Source: Octopus sinensis (lineage: Eukaryota). From it: DNA of 64,000 nucleotides. Both the position numbers and the translations under genes were made by a program. The DNA lies in contig NC_043003.1 in assembly GCF_006345805.1 (NCBI RefSeq), forward strand, positions 105,524,001 through 105,588,000, read 5' to 3'. Below are positions 38,497-51,813 of this stretch, piece by piece (position 1 is the first letter of the stretch; each line of letters opens with the position of its first letter). Under the pieces are notes generated by a model. The model ran no database searches, was not told where the DNA came from, and saw only the letters and a list, made by a program, of their open reading frames with translations.

Positions 38497-40939
38497 TATA
38501 TATAAATATATTATGTACTTGCTTTTACTTCTATAAATTTCAGAAGACATAATTTAGACATGACACTTTATTCATTGCCATCATTTTCTCACTTTTATTT
38601 TTGATTTTTCCTTCAAGACTCCCTAAATTACTTTCACCTTGAACAGAGCATACATCAGCTAAATGACAATCTCGTTATAAACTGACTCATTAATGCGCCC
38701 CCCCCACCCCCGCTTCTACCGTACTTTGTGTTGTCTTAACTTTCAGGTTCTATCTTAAACTATATGGTACTTGTTTCTTAACTTATTCTTCTAATTCTTA
38801 CAACAGTTGAAATTTATTGTTTAGCCACAGCAACCTCATCCTCTCTAAGATGGTGTGGAAAGATTATAGACACGGCAGTCTCCTCTCTAAAGGCTAAAAA
38901 TAAAAATACTTAGAAATGATAGCATTGAATTTGCATATTCAAAAATCCATTCTGCCAAATGGCTTTATTTCTTAAGAATTTTCAGCAAGATTTTAAAGTA
39001 TTTTAAAATCTATTTTTAAAAGGTCTTTTTTGAAAAAGAAAATTAAAACTCACTAAAAAAGGTAATTTGTCCAAATTCATATTGAGTGAAAGGAAAGGAA
39101 TTTTTGTACAAAATTGGAATCCATTTCACTTAAAAGCTTATTTATGATTCATAATGAAACTACTGCTATTTTAGTTAATTGCATGCATATAAAACAATTA
39201 AATTTTTTTTCCCCACCCATAAATTAAAAATATATGCTCAGACAATGTCTAAAGTTTTTATGCATAAATTTCTGGATAAGCATTTATTTAGTGTCTATTT
39301 TGCCAAAGCAGACAGAGATACTAATTTCTTCTTGAAAAATAAAATCAATATAGAATGCAACCAATCTACTTTGACACTAAAAGGAAACGTTGAGTGTACT
39401 GCAGTTCACAGATAGCATGATGTCTGCAGGGAGAGAGAGAGAGAGGGAGGTTTAATGCATGGAGGGAGGAGAGAGAGAGAGGGAGAGGTTTAATGCATGG
39501 AGGGAGGAGGGAGAGAGGATTGACGTCATTTCACTCATCATTGATTATCTCAGTTTACTGCTAGTTTATGGTTATCCCAACACTGAAGCAGAACCCTTTA
39601 ATGCCATATCCTACCCAATATTCATCTGATTTATAGAAATAGTAAACTTCACTTTCAACAACTTTCCTGAATTGATTCAGCAAGGTTTGCGTAGACTAAA
39701 GAAAAAAAAAACAACAAATGTTGATAAATTTCCCAGCATGCAACAGTTGGTTTTAGTCTTACAATATTTAGGCCTACTGTAGGCTGGTTTGTGAAAAGAA
39801 GATACTCTTGAATGGAATGGAATCTCTGATGGTTATATGATATTTATGCCCCTTTCAGAGTGACAAGTTAGCAGAGTTGGTATTTGACCAAACTAATTTC
39901 TTTGCTGTATTTGGTTTTCTCAATCACAAGGCACCTTGAGCAAGTGTTTTCTATTACATCTCTGAGGCCAACCAAAACCTTGAGTGGATTTAGTAGATGG
40001 AAACTGAAAGAAGCTCATTGTATATGCATACATTTTTGTGTGTGTGAGTGAGTGTGTGCCCTTGTCTTGAAATGATATTATGGTTGTAAAGGAGTGCCAC
40101 TGTTGTACAAGCAGTCTTGTTTGTTTTCAGTCTTCTGTGACAATGTGTCAGGCCATAAAAAAATATTACCTTGCTTGGAAACAGATAAAGGTTAAGGAAA
40201 AGAGGAAGGGCATCTGGCTACAAGAAATCTGCCTCAATGAATTCTTTCTGATTCATGCAATCAGGGAAAAATGGACAGGAAGAAGATGATGATGATGATG
40301 ATTGATCAACTTCATTCCTGAAACAAAATTCTATAAAAATGTTAACCCTTATATTTACACCTGCTCCCTTATTTTGCATTAGTTAGGAGTAACCATCTTC
40401 TGCTCTGGCACCAACAGTATACAGATGGTACTGGACAGATTTCTTGCGCAAGTTTTCAAATCTAAGACCTTGGGGTAAGATCTTCTACTTCAGCTGACCA
40501 ATGCCTTGTGAGTGGATTTGGTAGGTGGAAACTATGTGGAAGCCCATTGCATGCTATGTATGTGTCTGTGTGTCTGTCTTCCTCTACATCATGTTGGCCA
40601 GTGTTGGTTCGTCTACGTCCTCATAACTTAGTGGTTTGGCAAAAATGACCAACAGAATAAGTATCGGGCTTAAAAATTAAACACTGGGGTTGAGGTGTGT
40701 GACTAAACCCTGAAAGGTGGTGCTACAGCATGGCCACAGTCCAATGACTGGAACAAGTAAAAGATTAAAGCTAAAAGACATCTAAATGCCATCTTACGAA
40801 ATATTCTGTTCTTTGAAGGATCAAAGTTGCTGCAATTTCAACTCTACAATAACCTTGGTTTATGACTGACTTTTGAAATTCTTTGATTAAATCTTTGTTC
40901 TTTGAAGTATCAAGCACTGCAAAATGTTGCTGCAGTTTC

Positions 40940-41105
40940 GTGTGACACTGCACCTTAAGCTGTGACTGCATTTTAAGCTGTAACACTACACATTAAGCTG
41001 TGACACTGCACTTTAAACTGTGATACTGCTCTTTAAGCTGTGACACTGATGTCACACTGCATTCTAAGCTGTGACACTTTGATGTCACACTGCTTTTTAA
41101 GCTTT
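40940..41105. repeat. Degenerate ~20-bp minisatellite (tgtgacactgcaYYttaagc)
   Basis: About seven diverged units. Confidence 0.85.
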
Positions 41106-43924
41106 ATGATGCAGGCAAAATATACAAGTGCATTTTCCGCTTGCAGACATATTAGAATCATCATCACCATCATCATCTTATTTGTATATGTATATATATA
41201 TATAATGTGTGTGTATGGTAGCATACACACTTTTCCCAAGCTGGCTTGGTTTGTGTGATGGGTTGACTGGAGCTGGCAAGCCAGAGGACTGCAATAAGGT
41301 CCAATGTCTGCTTTGGCATGGTTTCTGTGGCTGGATACCCTTCCTAACACCAACCACGTTACAATGTAGACTGGATGCTTTCCAAGTGGCGCCAACACTA
41401 GTATTTCATATGTATGTCATGCAATCGTTAACTGAACTTATATTTCGCTTCTTTTTTTTTTTTATTAACAATTTTCATTTGCTGACTTGCACAACCAATA
41501 ATTGGTTGGTGTTTTTGATGGTTGTATCAATAACCTAATGTGGATTCCAATTACAACTTCCAGCAATGAGGAGAGTTTGATTATGAAAAACATAAAAAAA
41601 AAAAAGGAAGTGAATGTTAAATTGAAGGTTTCCCCACAATGAGATTTAATCACAAGACAAAAATATCACTGACGTTTACCTTCATCATCATCATCATCAT
41701 CAACCAATCACCATCCCACCACCACCACCAACACCACCGCCGCTGCCATCACCACCACCAATTTGATGAAATTTTTATGAAAATGGAATTCATACCGTTT
41801 CTTTTTCTTTATACCTATTTCTTTACTACTAAACACAGAGAGGACAAACAAGGACAGACAAATGGATTAAGTCGATTATATCGACCCCAGTGTGTAACTG
41901 GTACTTATTTAATCGACCTCGAAAGGATGAAAGGCAAAGTCGACCTCGGCAGAATTTGAACTCAGAACGTAACGGCAGACGAAATACTGCTAAGCATTTC
42001 GCCTGGCATGCTAACCATTCTGCCAGCTCACTGCCCCTTTTTCTTTATACTAATCACAACTATAAACAACTTTGGTGTGTAACACTGAGATTATTTTTTC
42101 CTTCAGTTAAAGCATTTGCAAAGGCACAAAGGCAGTCTCAACAAACAGGGTGATGGCTAAATAAACCAGTTGCCTGAGGGCCATATATATTCTCTTAAAG
42201 GCCTCCAAAACTCATCACCAAAGGGCCTGAAATAAGCACAGGTATTAGTTTTCAAGCAAGCAGCTGTTTTGGTAGTTCTATAATACTTTTCATCATTCTA
42301 ACCGTGACCCATTATCTAAAATTAATTAAGCTGGAAGCTAATTAAAAAAACAAAGCCGTAGTTTTTGGTTTTTTTTGTAAAAGCTCATAGAGGAGGGCAA
42401 ATGAACAGGTATGAGAAAATTGCATTTATTTTTCCTTTCAAGAGTGAGAAAGTAACATACTTCTAAGGAATACGTTTGGTCCAGCATTTGTGAATGATAA
42501 TTGGTTTGTTAGAGAAACATATTCAGTCTGTGAACAGCTATTTGTGCCTAATTGGCAACTTATTATCTTCTCACGTTTACTAGTGTCCTTCGTGCCAATA
42601 TCGGTGGAATCCTGCCAAATCATTAGAATTACTACAAGATAAACAAGCAAGTGACCAAAAATATTCTGGCGGTAATTTGGTAAGGTGCCACCTAACTGCT
42701 GCCTCATCCTTTATTTCATTCTGTTCCTTTATTATCATCCAAGAGGAGGGCAGTACAGGGGCAGAAATGGTGGTCAGGGGCCAAATCCTCCTCCTCCTCA
42801 TCCTCATCATTTTAATGTCCACTTTTCCATGTTCCCATGAGTTGGATGAAATTTGTTGAGGCAGATTTTGTACGGCTGGATACTCTTCCTGCCACCAACC
42901 CTTACCTGTTTCCAAAAGTTTAGAAACAAAAACACCACTTGCATGGAGGTGATGCTTGTTTACAACTATCACATGATCTCAAAGTAAGGAGACAGTAACA
43001 CACACACCCACACACATATCTTTATGTATGATTGTGATGTGTGTGTGCATGTATGTATGTATCTGTGTATGTATGTACGTAGGTATGTATGTGAAGGTGG
43101 CGAGCTAGCAGAAACGTTAGCATGCCGGGTGAAATGCATAGCCGTATTTCGTCTGCCGTTAGGTTCTGAGTTCAAATTCCGCCGAGGTCGACTTTGCCTT
43201 TCATCCTTTCGGGGTCGATTAAATAAGTACCAGTCTGAACCAAGAGCCTGGAGACCAAACCAAACCTTCATGTCTCATAACTAACTTCTCTGAATGTGAC
43301 ACAGTTCTTCTCTCTCTCCCTCTCAGCAATTATTAATATCATTCATTGTAAATAGCTCAACATCAAATATCTTTATATCTGGTAATAAATATTTCAGTTA
43401 AATGTTCGGGTTTTGCTTCAGTCATTATTCCTGCAGCCAATGAAATATATCTTCATTGACCAGTTCAAATCGAGCAGCGACAAATAACCAGTGACAGCGC
43501 AATTAAAAAGTTATTTCTATTAGTCAGTAGCCCATATGCCGACTCCGATTAAAATATGTTGCTGTGTTGAGTTTGGATTTCAACGTTTTTGCCTATATTA
43601 CTTGTTTGGTTCGTTTAAAAGTTAGTAATCTTTTATTCATAACCTCTGTTTTTCTGTTTTTCACTGTTATTGTTCTATGATGATAAAAAGCTGATTACAA
43701 AGAAGAACGGAAAATAATTTAGGTATTAAATGCTTCAATCAATATGCAGAAGAGAGTGGAATGTGCAGGGGTGGAAATTGGGAAATTTCATTTAATATGA
43801 ATGGACAATATATATTGGATGGAGAATTGTTGGGTACTGTCAATGGAAGATGCTCCTTGCAGGAATCAGATCTAAGGATGATGGGTTTCACAGAATAAAT
43901 GGAATGGAATTGAGATGGATAGTG

Positions 43925-44336
43925 GGATCTTTTCGGTTTGAACGGCAGTTTTTTCTAGCAGTGTCATATGAAATTGTCACCCATAATTATGACCCTAGTA
44001 TCGATCTATTGCATTTCAATCTGTTTTAGGGTTAGGGGTGGGGGAAGGGTATCTTTTTTTCTTCACAAATGTAAATATACCCAATCTGTTTCTTAAACGA
44101 GGGACATATTCATACGGCACAGAATGCTTTTTTACCTCAGTAGACGTCACTGATTGGTTGAAATTGCAGAAATTGAAGAAAAAAAAACAAGAAATATCTT
44201 ACAAACTATAGAATGTTCTCAATAAAGCCAAGAGAAAAAGATGTTTTATAAACACATTCTACCAGTATACGAAGTTTAAAATGTTTTAGTTACCAAGAAA
44301 TTATGTTAAAAACTGCCGTTCAAACCGAAAAGATCC
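43925..44336. mobile_element. Complete 412-bp MITE, Merlin-like
   Basis: Perfect 29-bp TIRs ggatcttttcggtttgaacggcagttttt; 8-bp TSD ggatagtg (43917-43924, 44337-44344); GG termini. Confidence 0.88.
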
Positions 44337-45713
44337 GGATAGTGATGTGTTGCATAATGTTCTTACAGCTCATAGTTGTTGTAATTATTTCTCACTTACA
44401 TTACGAATGTTTCTTAATTAAAAGGTTTCTCAGCTTTGATGGGAAAAGAATTAAGCAAGCTGTCTTAGATGTTACCAGCAAGAAAGAATATTAACAAGGT
44501 CACTTTAAAAGCAAACAACCAGTGTAAAACTAAAAGAAGCATATTAACAATAACAAGAAAATATAATGAATATAATCTGGTCACAGGCACGGCTGTGTGG
44601 TAAGAAGTTTGCTTCCCAACCACATGGTTCTGAGTTCAGTCCCACTGCGTGACATTGTGAGCAAGTGTCATCTATTATAACTTTGGGCCAACCAAAGTGG
44701 ATTTGGTAGACAGAAACTGGAAGAAGCCCTGTGTGTGTGTGTGTGTGTGTGTGATCCTGAAAGGATGAAGGCAAAGTTGACCTCAATGGAATTTGAACTC
44801 AGAACGTAAAGACAGATGAAATACCGCTAAGCATTTCGCCCCACATGCTAATGTTTCTGCCAGCTCACCGCCTTCTCCTCCAAAGATATTCTTTTCTTCT
44901 CTAGGCACAAGGCCTGAAATTTTTGGCGAGTGGGGTCAGTTGATTAGATTGACCCCAATACACAACAGGTACTTAATTTATTGACCCCAAAAGGATGAAA
45001 GGCAAAGTCGACCTCAGCAGAATTTGAACTCAGAATGTAAAGACGGACGAAATACTGCTAAGCATTTCGCCTTGCGTGCTTATGGTTCTGCCAGTTCACT
45101 GCCTTTAGAATCAATGTATTCATGCTTGATCGGTCACTAATCAGAAGTTCTTATATCTACAATAAAGTGGCAATAGGTCCCCAAGCTACAATCACTTTTC
45201 TATAAAATTGCTTGTCAACCTCACCAAAACAATACTCTCTCTCTCTTTCATATACCATCATCATTCTAATGGCCACTTTGCATGCTTGCATGGGTCAGAT
45301 GGAATTTGTTGAGACAGATTTTCTACAGCTGGATGCTCTTCCTCTCATGAACTTTTTACTTCAAAGGAGAGTAATATTTCCTTATGGCCAGACATGTTTT
45401 CAAATGAAGGACACCACTTATATAATGGTGACGCTCGTTTACAACTACCACAATGTCAAGGCAAGGAGACAGTAACACACACTTATACATATGTGTGTGC
45501 ACACACACACACAGGAGGCTCTTTCAGTTTCCATCTATGAAATCCATTCACAAGGCTTTGGTTGGCCTGAGGCTATACAAAAGACACTTTTCCCAAAGTG
45601 CCACAGAGTAGGACTGAACCTGGAACCATTTAGTTAGGAAGCAAACTTCTTACCACACAGCCATGACTGCACCACACACAAACACACATACATGTGTGTG
45701 TGTGTGTGTGTGT

Positions 45714-45756
<43 letters not shown>

Positions 45757-47879
45757 TGATGGGCTTCTTTCAGTTTCCATCTACCAAATCCACTCACAAG
45801 GATTTGGTCAGCCCAAGGCTATAATAGAAGACACTTGCCCAAGGTGCCACGCAATGGAACTGAACCTAGAACCATTTAGATGGGAAGCAAACTTTTTACC
45901 ACACACACACAAACACACATATACACACGAGATTAAGCAGTCCTGCTAGCATTTAAATGATACATAGAATTAAAAATGCTAAAAGGCCTTTCACATTTTA
46001 ACTCGATATATCAATATCAGAATTGTGTGGCAGAATATTTGGACAATGCTATATCGTGCAATGGATTTGAAAAATTGTTTTTGACAAGTTTGACGGCTAA
46101 ATCTTATGTAGATATTATTTGAATAATATCCACTTTAGAAATTATAAGTTAATTCTGTCAGTATTTGTATTGTGGGAGTGGGGTGATGGCGGTGGTGGTG
46201 GATATGATATATGTTAATCTGATTTTTGCCTGGAGCTGTAGAACTTGTCAGAACTTGCAAGGAAATGTCAAGAAGGATTTAGGCACCACTCCTACGTTCT
46301 ATTTTGCACACAACTACACAAGTAGCAGTGTGAGAAATGATCATGTTTTCTGGTTATTATTGGCTCTAAAATACAGTTTCCAATGTAGCTGTGGTTGATA
46401 AGGCTTGTTTTGTGACTTGGTTTCAGTGATTTTATTTCTAAAAGGTCAGCTTTTCCACCCAATTTGCTGGTAATATATTTAATTGTTTCAGGGTGGCAAT
46501 CTGGCAGAATCGTTAGCACGCTGAGTATTTCTTCTGTCTTTACGTTCTGAGTTCAAATTCCGCCGAGGTCGACTTTTCTTTCCATCCTTTTGGGTCGATA
46601 AATTAAGTACCAGTTGTGTACTGGGGTCTATCTAATCGAATGCGCCCCCTCCCCAAAAATTTTGGGCCTTGTACCTGGAGTAGAAAAGAATATATTTAAT
46701 GTTTCATATTTAAAAAAATGTAACAGTTTAAGTATAATGAAAATTAATCCTTTTATCACCATCTTCATCATCATCTTCACCATCACCATCATCATCCTCA
46801 TGTAGCATCTTCTTTCCATGTTGGCATGGGTTAGACTGTTTGACTGAAACTGGTAAGTCGAGGAGCTGCACCAAGTTCCAATCTGACTTGGCATGGTTTC
46901 TATGGCTGGATGCCCTTCTTTATATATATATAGATTTGGTTTGCAAGATCCTTGATGTGAATCCATGAGTTTAACCAGACCTTGTATCTTGAGAAGGTCA
47001 TTATGCCAATAATGTGTGTCTTATCGTTATTAGCATAATGACTCCCTGCCTCCAAGATCTATCCATTATAACCATCTACAGTCAGTATTGTATAGAAAAT
47101 GGCTTTGGCTAAAACATACTTCAGCTTCCCTGCCTTTAGCAGTTTTTCTTTCTCTTCTAATTATTTACAACCTACACAGCTCATATCTCTCAATACTCAT
47201 AGTTTCTAAAATTATAATCTTTCTGAAATAAATGGATAACAAAAAAAAGAACAACAAAAAATGCCATTAAGATTAAGTGAGCTGACACTGGATTAAAAAT
47301 GATCTTTTAAACGAATGCAAATGGCTTTTTAGGTCAAACTTAATTAGAAAGATATTTATTTTAAGTAACTGTAAAAGTTGTGCACCGAGTTAATTTTTTA
47401 TTGAATGTTTATTTTTATTTTTGAACTTTTAGAGCTGATATTTAATTGCAGGACACACTAAAATGAGTGGAATCTAGCAAAAATTAGTTTAATTATAGCT
47501 TGTCACAACAACTCTTCACTACTTTAATTGTAACTTACCAAACACAGCTCTGTGAAGGGAACTTAAAATAAAACTTTAAAAGAAGCTTTCATGATATAAA
47601 CTGCTTTCATTTTGTCCTCTCAAAGATTAGAAATTTCAACGGATAGGGAACACTAATTTAGGAAGAGTATTTGTCGAGAATTTAAAATTACTAATTATTT
47701 ACTTAACAAAACAACAACTTGCTTTAAAGTTCTTAAATCATAAATATAAATTATGAGTAGCAAAACAGTAATAAAAATATAATTGATACAATGATATCAA
47801 CAGTTGTAAAACCCTGTTTATATTGTTTTAAATGTTATGCATTTTATTTGCAAATCTAATGAATACATAAAGTATATAT

Positions 47880-48412
47880 TATCATCATCATCATCATCGT
47901 TTAACATCTGCTTTCCATGCTAGCATGGGTTGGACGATTTTGACTGAGAACTGACGAACCAGATGGCTGCACCAGGCTCCAATCTTGATCTAGCAGAGTT
48001 TCTACAGCTGATTGCCCTTCCTAATGCCAACCACTCTGAGAGTGTAGTGGGTGCTTTTACGTGCCACCAGCACGAGGGCCAGTCAGGAGGTACTGGCAAT
48101 GGCCATGCTCAAATGGTGCTTTTTATGTGCTACCTGCACAGGAACCAGGCCAGCAGCACTGGCAACGACCTCGCTTGAGTAGAAGTGTAGAAATATATGT
48201 GCTGGTGCTGGTGCCATGTAGAAAGCACCTGTGCCGGAGCTGTGTAAAAGCACCCAGTACACTCTGTAGAGTGGTTGGTGTTAAGAAGGGAATCCAGCCA
48301 TAGAAACCTTGCCAAAACAGACAGGGAACCTGATCAGTCCTTCAACTGGTCAGATCCTGTCAAACTGTCCAGCCTGTGCCAACATGGAAAATGGACATTA
48401 AATGATGATGAT
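47880..48412. mobile_element. Two copies of retroposon family E, (GAT)n-tailed, head-to-head
   Basis: Family motif ggttggcgttaggaagggcatccagctgtagaaa...gcatggaaagcggacgttaaatgatgatg. Other copies near 30075-30200, 41233-41400, 42800-43000, 45255-45480, 46790-46920, 58805-58945, 60940-61125, 62577-62876, 63510-63890. Confidence 0.8.
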
Positions 48413-48582
48413 ATAAGCTATATATCATAATAGGGAATATGTAAACTACATTTTTAAATATCTATAAACTAGCTGCATGAAAAAAACAGTGGGTAGTTTG
48501 TTTTTTTTTCCTTTCGACCCCTAGGGCTAATAAGATCAGTAACCCAATTTCCATGGTGTAGAAGTGACCAAGATGATAACAT

Positions 48583-48780
48583 ACCCTTTCAATTGGACAC
48601 TGGTCCCTTGCAAGGACCCTTTCAATTGGACACTGGTCCCTTGCAAGGACCCTTCCAATTGGACACTGGTCCCTTGCAAGGACCCTTCCAATTGGACACT
48701 GGTCCCTTGCAAGGACCCTTCCAATTGGACACTGGTCCCTTGCAAGGACCCTTTCAATTGGACACTGGTCCCTTGTAAGG
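48583..48780. repeat. Minisatellite, 6 x 33 bp
   Basis: Unit acccttYcaattggacactggtcccttgcaagg; no spacers. Confidence 0.97.
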
Positions 48781-49940
48781 TTCAAGGCCAGCAGTTTTCA
48801 GGGAAAGGGTATAAATTTGATTACATTGACCTCGCTAATTGACTGGTGGTACTTTATTTTGTCAACACCAAAAACAATGAAAGGCGAAGTTGACATTGGC
48901 AGGATTTGAACTCAGAACCCAAAGTGTTGGAAGAAATGCCACAAAACATATTATCTGGCATGCTAATGATTCTACCAGTTTACCACCTTAATTAGCAATA
49001 ATACATTTAATGTCAAGCTGTCGTTTCTCTTCCAGAAACTCTAAATAATTTCTCTAAGTGATTCTAATTTTCTACTCCAGCCTTTGTGCACCTTTTTTCA
49101 ATATAAATTCTTGAGTCTTCCATTGTTACTTCGATGAGTTTGGTGCCTTCTATTGTTGAAGTTATAAGATTTAAACACATCTGGAATTGTCTCCCATATC
49201 TGCAGTTATAATTGGTTCCAAATTTTGGTACAAGGCCAGCAATTTTCAGAGGAGGGAGTAACCCGATTACATCAACCCCAGTGCTTGACTTATTTTATCG
49301 ACCCTAAAGGGATGAAAGACAAAATCAACACCAGCAGCATTTGAACTCAGAATGTAAAGACAGATAAAATGCTGTTAGGAATTTTGCCTTTTGTCCTAAC
49401 GATTCTGCCAGCTCTTTGCCTTAATTTACTGAAATAATTAAAATAATATTTGTCAATGACTAATATTGTTTTTTCCTCACTGCATAATTATTTCTAATTA
49501 GCTTTTTAATGATTCTTGCAATTAAATATATTGACACTAGCCATACAACCATCTTGTTGACACTAAAATTAATTGATATTTGTACTCAACTCAAAACCTG
49601 ATGCATTAATTGTAAATTGATAGAGTAATGGTTCAGTTCATACAAAATTAGCATCTAAATGTCTAAATTTTAATAATTCTTCAAGAAAGTAAGTTGGAAC
49701 AGTTCCACTCTTGTTTGAAACTTTGTTGCTTACAAGAAAAATATTTTCACTGAAAATTACCTAAAATACAATTTTTATATCAAATCGAATATAATTCATT
49801 TTTTATACTCCCTGTATAAATATTTTTTAATTTTTGGTATTATGACCTCAAGCTAAACTATGAAGAAATCGACTATAATTGCTTAAATTTGCTAAATTGA
49901 TTGAAAAATACATTTATCAAAAATATATTTACCTGTTTAG

Positions 49941-49958
49941 AGTTCAGCCATAGTTCAG
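49941..49958 (+). CDS. Candidate 18-nt symmetric microexon
   Basis: tttacctgtttAG|AGTTCAGCCATAGTTCAG|GTAAGT. Open in phase 1 (EFSHSS); AG-free stretch of ~70 nt upstream. Confidence 0.3.
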
Positions 49959-51813
49959 GTAAGTTAGAATATTTAATATGACCAACTTCATAACATGGAT
50001 GAGATAACGATCTTTAATTGGTTAATTGATAAACTTCCATGACATAGATCTATTAGCAAGCTTACTCAGGAAGGAATATCACTATTAATGTGATAAACAG
50101 TCTTGTGTGTGTGGGGCGAGTATATATGTAAGAGATAAAGCTATCTTTATTTTTGATCTTTTACTTGTTTCACTCATTAGACTGTGGCCATGCTGGGGCA
50201 CTATCTTGAGGGTTTAGTCAAACAAATCAACCACAGTTGATTTTTTTCTTATAAAGCCAGTCACTTATTCTATTGGTCTCTTTTTGCCAAACAACAACAA
50301 ATCCATTCATAAGGCTTTGGTCAATTTGGGGCTATTATAGAAGACATTTGCCTAAGGTATGATGCAGTAAGATTGAACCTACAGCTATGTGGCTGGAAAG
50401 CAAATTTCTTAGCACACAGCCACGCCTACACCCATAAAATATTTTTTCTGGTTCTAAAGAGTGGTGCCAGTCTATGAGATGAACTTCAAGCTATGTTAAG
50501 GATGTGTTTTGTCAGGATAGGTCCTCAGTGAGACCCAACATTTTGAGTGGTCCTCAGTGATCTAGCTGAGTGTCACTCAAATTTAGAGGAAGTGGGATTC
50601 AATGGTGTTTTCTTGATATGAGCAAGGCTTGCTTTTTTTTTTTCTATTAAAAGAGACAAAGTTGGCATGGCCTCACTGGGAGGTGTTTCTAAAACCTCTG
50701 TTCAGAGAATCAGTGCAGGTTTGGCTTTTAGGTTCCATGTCAATGATGCATCATTGGGGTATGTTAGGCAGAAAGGAAAAATGATACATCTGTGGAAGAA
50801 TGGGTGTTTCTGGGTGTGGAAGCAAAAACAAATCAAACAAACAAACCCTGGGGCACACCATAGGGTGGGACAGAAAGATCTGCATTGAAATATGCATTAT
50901 GGTGCAATCTGATAGGGCAGTCATATGCCAGACACAGTCACAAATTTGCTGATGTCCAAACCCTTAGCATTTAAACTGATCATATCTGGCTCAAAGACTA
51001 CCTGTTTTATGTTGAAACTGGTCAGATTCAGCCTTTCACACCTATCTTACAATGTCATTGTAAAATTAAGCAACCATAGGCACAGGTGTGGCTGTATGGT
51101 AAGAAACTTGCTTCCCAGCTACATGGTTCTGTGTTCAGTCCCACTGTGTGGCACCTTAGGCAAGTGTCTTCTACTATAGCCTCGGGCCAACCAAAGCCTT
51201 GTGAGTGAATTTAGATGGAAACTGAAAGAAGCCTGTCGTATATATACATATATGTATGTGTATTTGTGTATCTATCTGTGTTTGTCCCCCGACCATTGCT
51301 TGACAACGGATGTTGGTGTGTTTATGTCCCCATAACTTAGTGGTTTGGCAAAAGACACCAATAGAATAAATGTTAGGCTTACAAAAAATAGATCCTGAGG
51401 TCAATGTGTTCAACTAAAGGTGATGCTCCAGCATGGCCACAATGAAATGACTGAAACATGTAAAAGAATAAAAGAAGAATGCCATATTGAAATCTTGAAG
51501 GTGAGAGAGCAAACATGATTGATTCAAAATAATTTGGCAGAGAAATCCAGATACAAAACGGTAACAACAACATTACATTTGTTAATAGAGAGGTGGAGGG
51601 ACATAATAAAGAAGGGAGGAAGGATTGAGAATCAGTAAAGTTTCAGCTAAAATACCTTGTGGTATTTAATCTTGTATCTTTCTGCTCTAGGTTCAGTTCC
51701 TAGTAAGGTCAACTTTGCCTATCTTTCTGTCAGGATCAATAAAATAATTATCAGTTGAGTAATTGGTCAAACTAATTACTCTGGTCATCCCCACATTTGA
51801 GACCTGGTCAATA

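Noticed and set aside
44026-44037. Telomeric TTAGGG repeats (also 20692-20703)
   Set aside because: Only two units, internal to the MITE.
48583-48780. CRISPR-like array or repeat protein
   Set aside because: Units are contiguous with no unique spacers, no cas genes, eukaryotic context, and no splice-site support.
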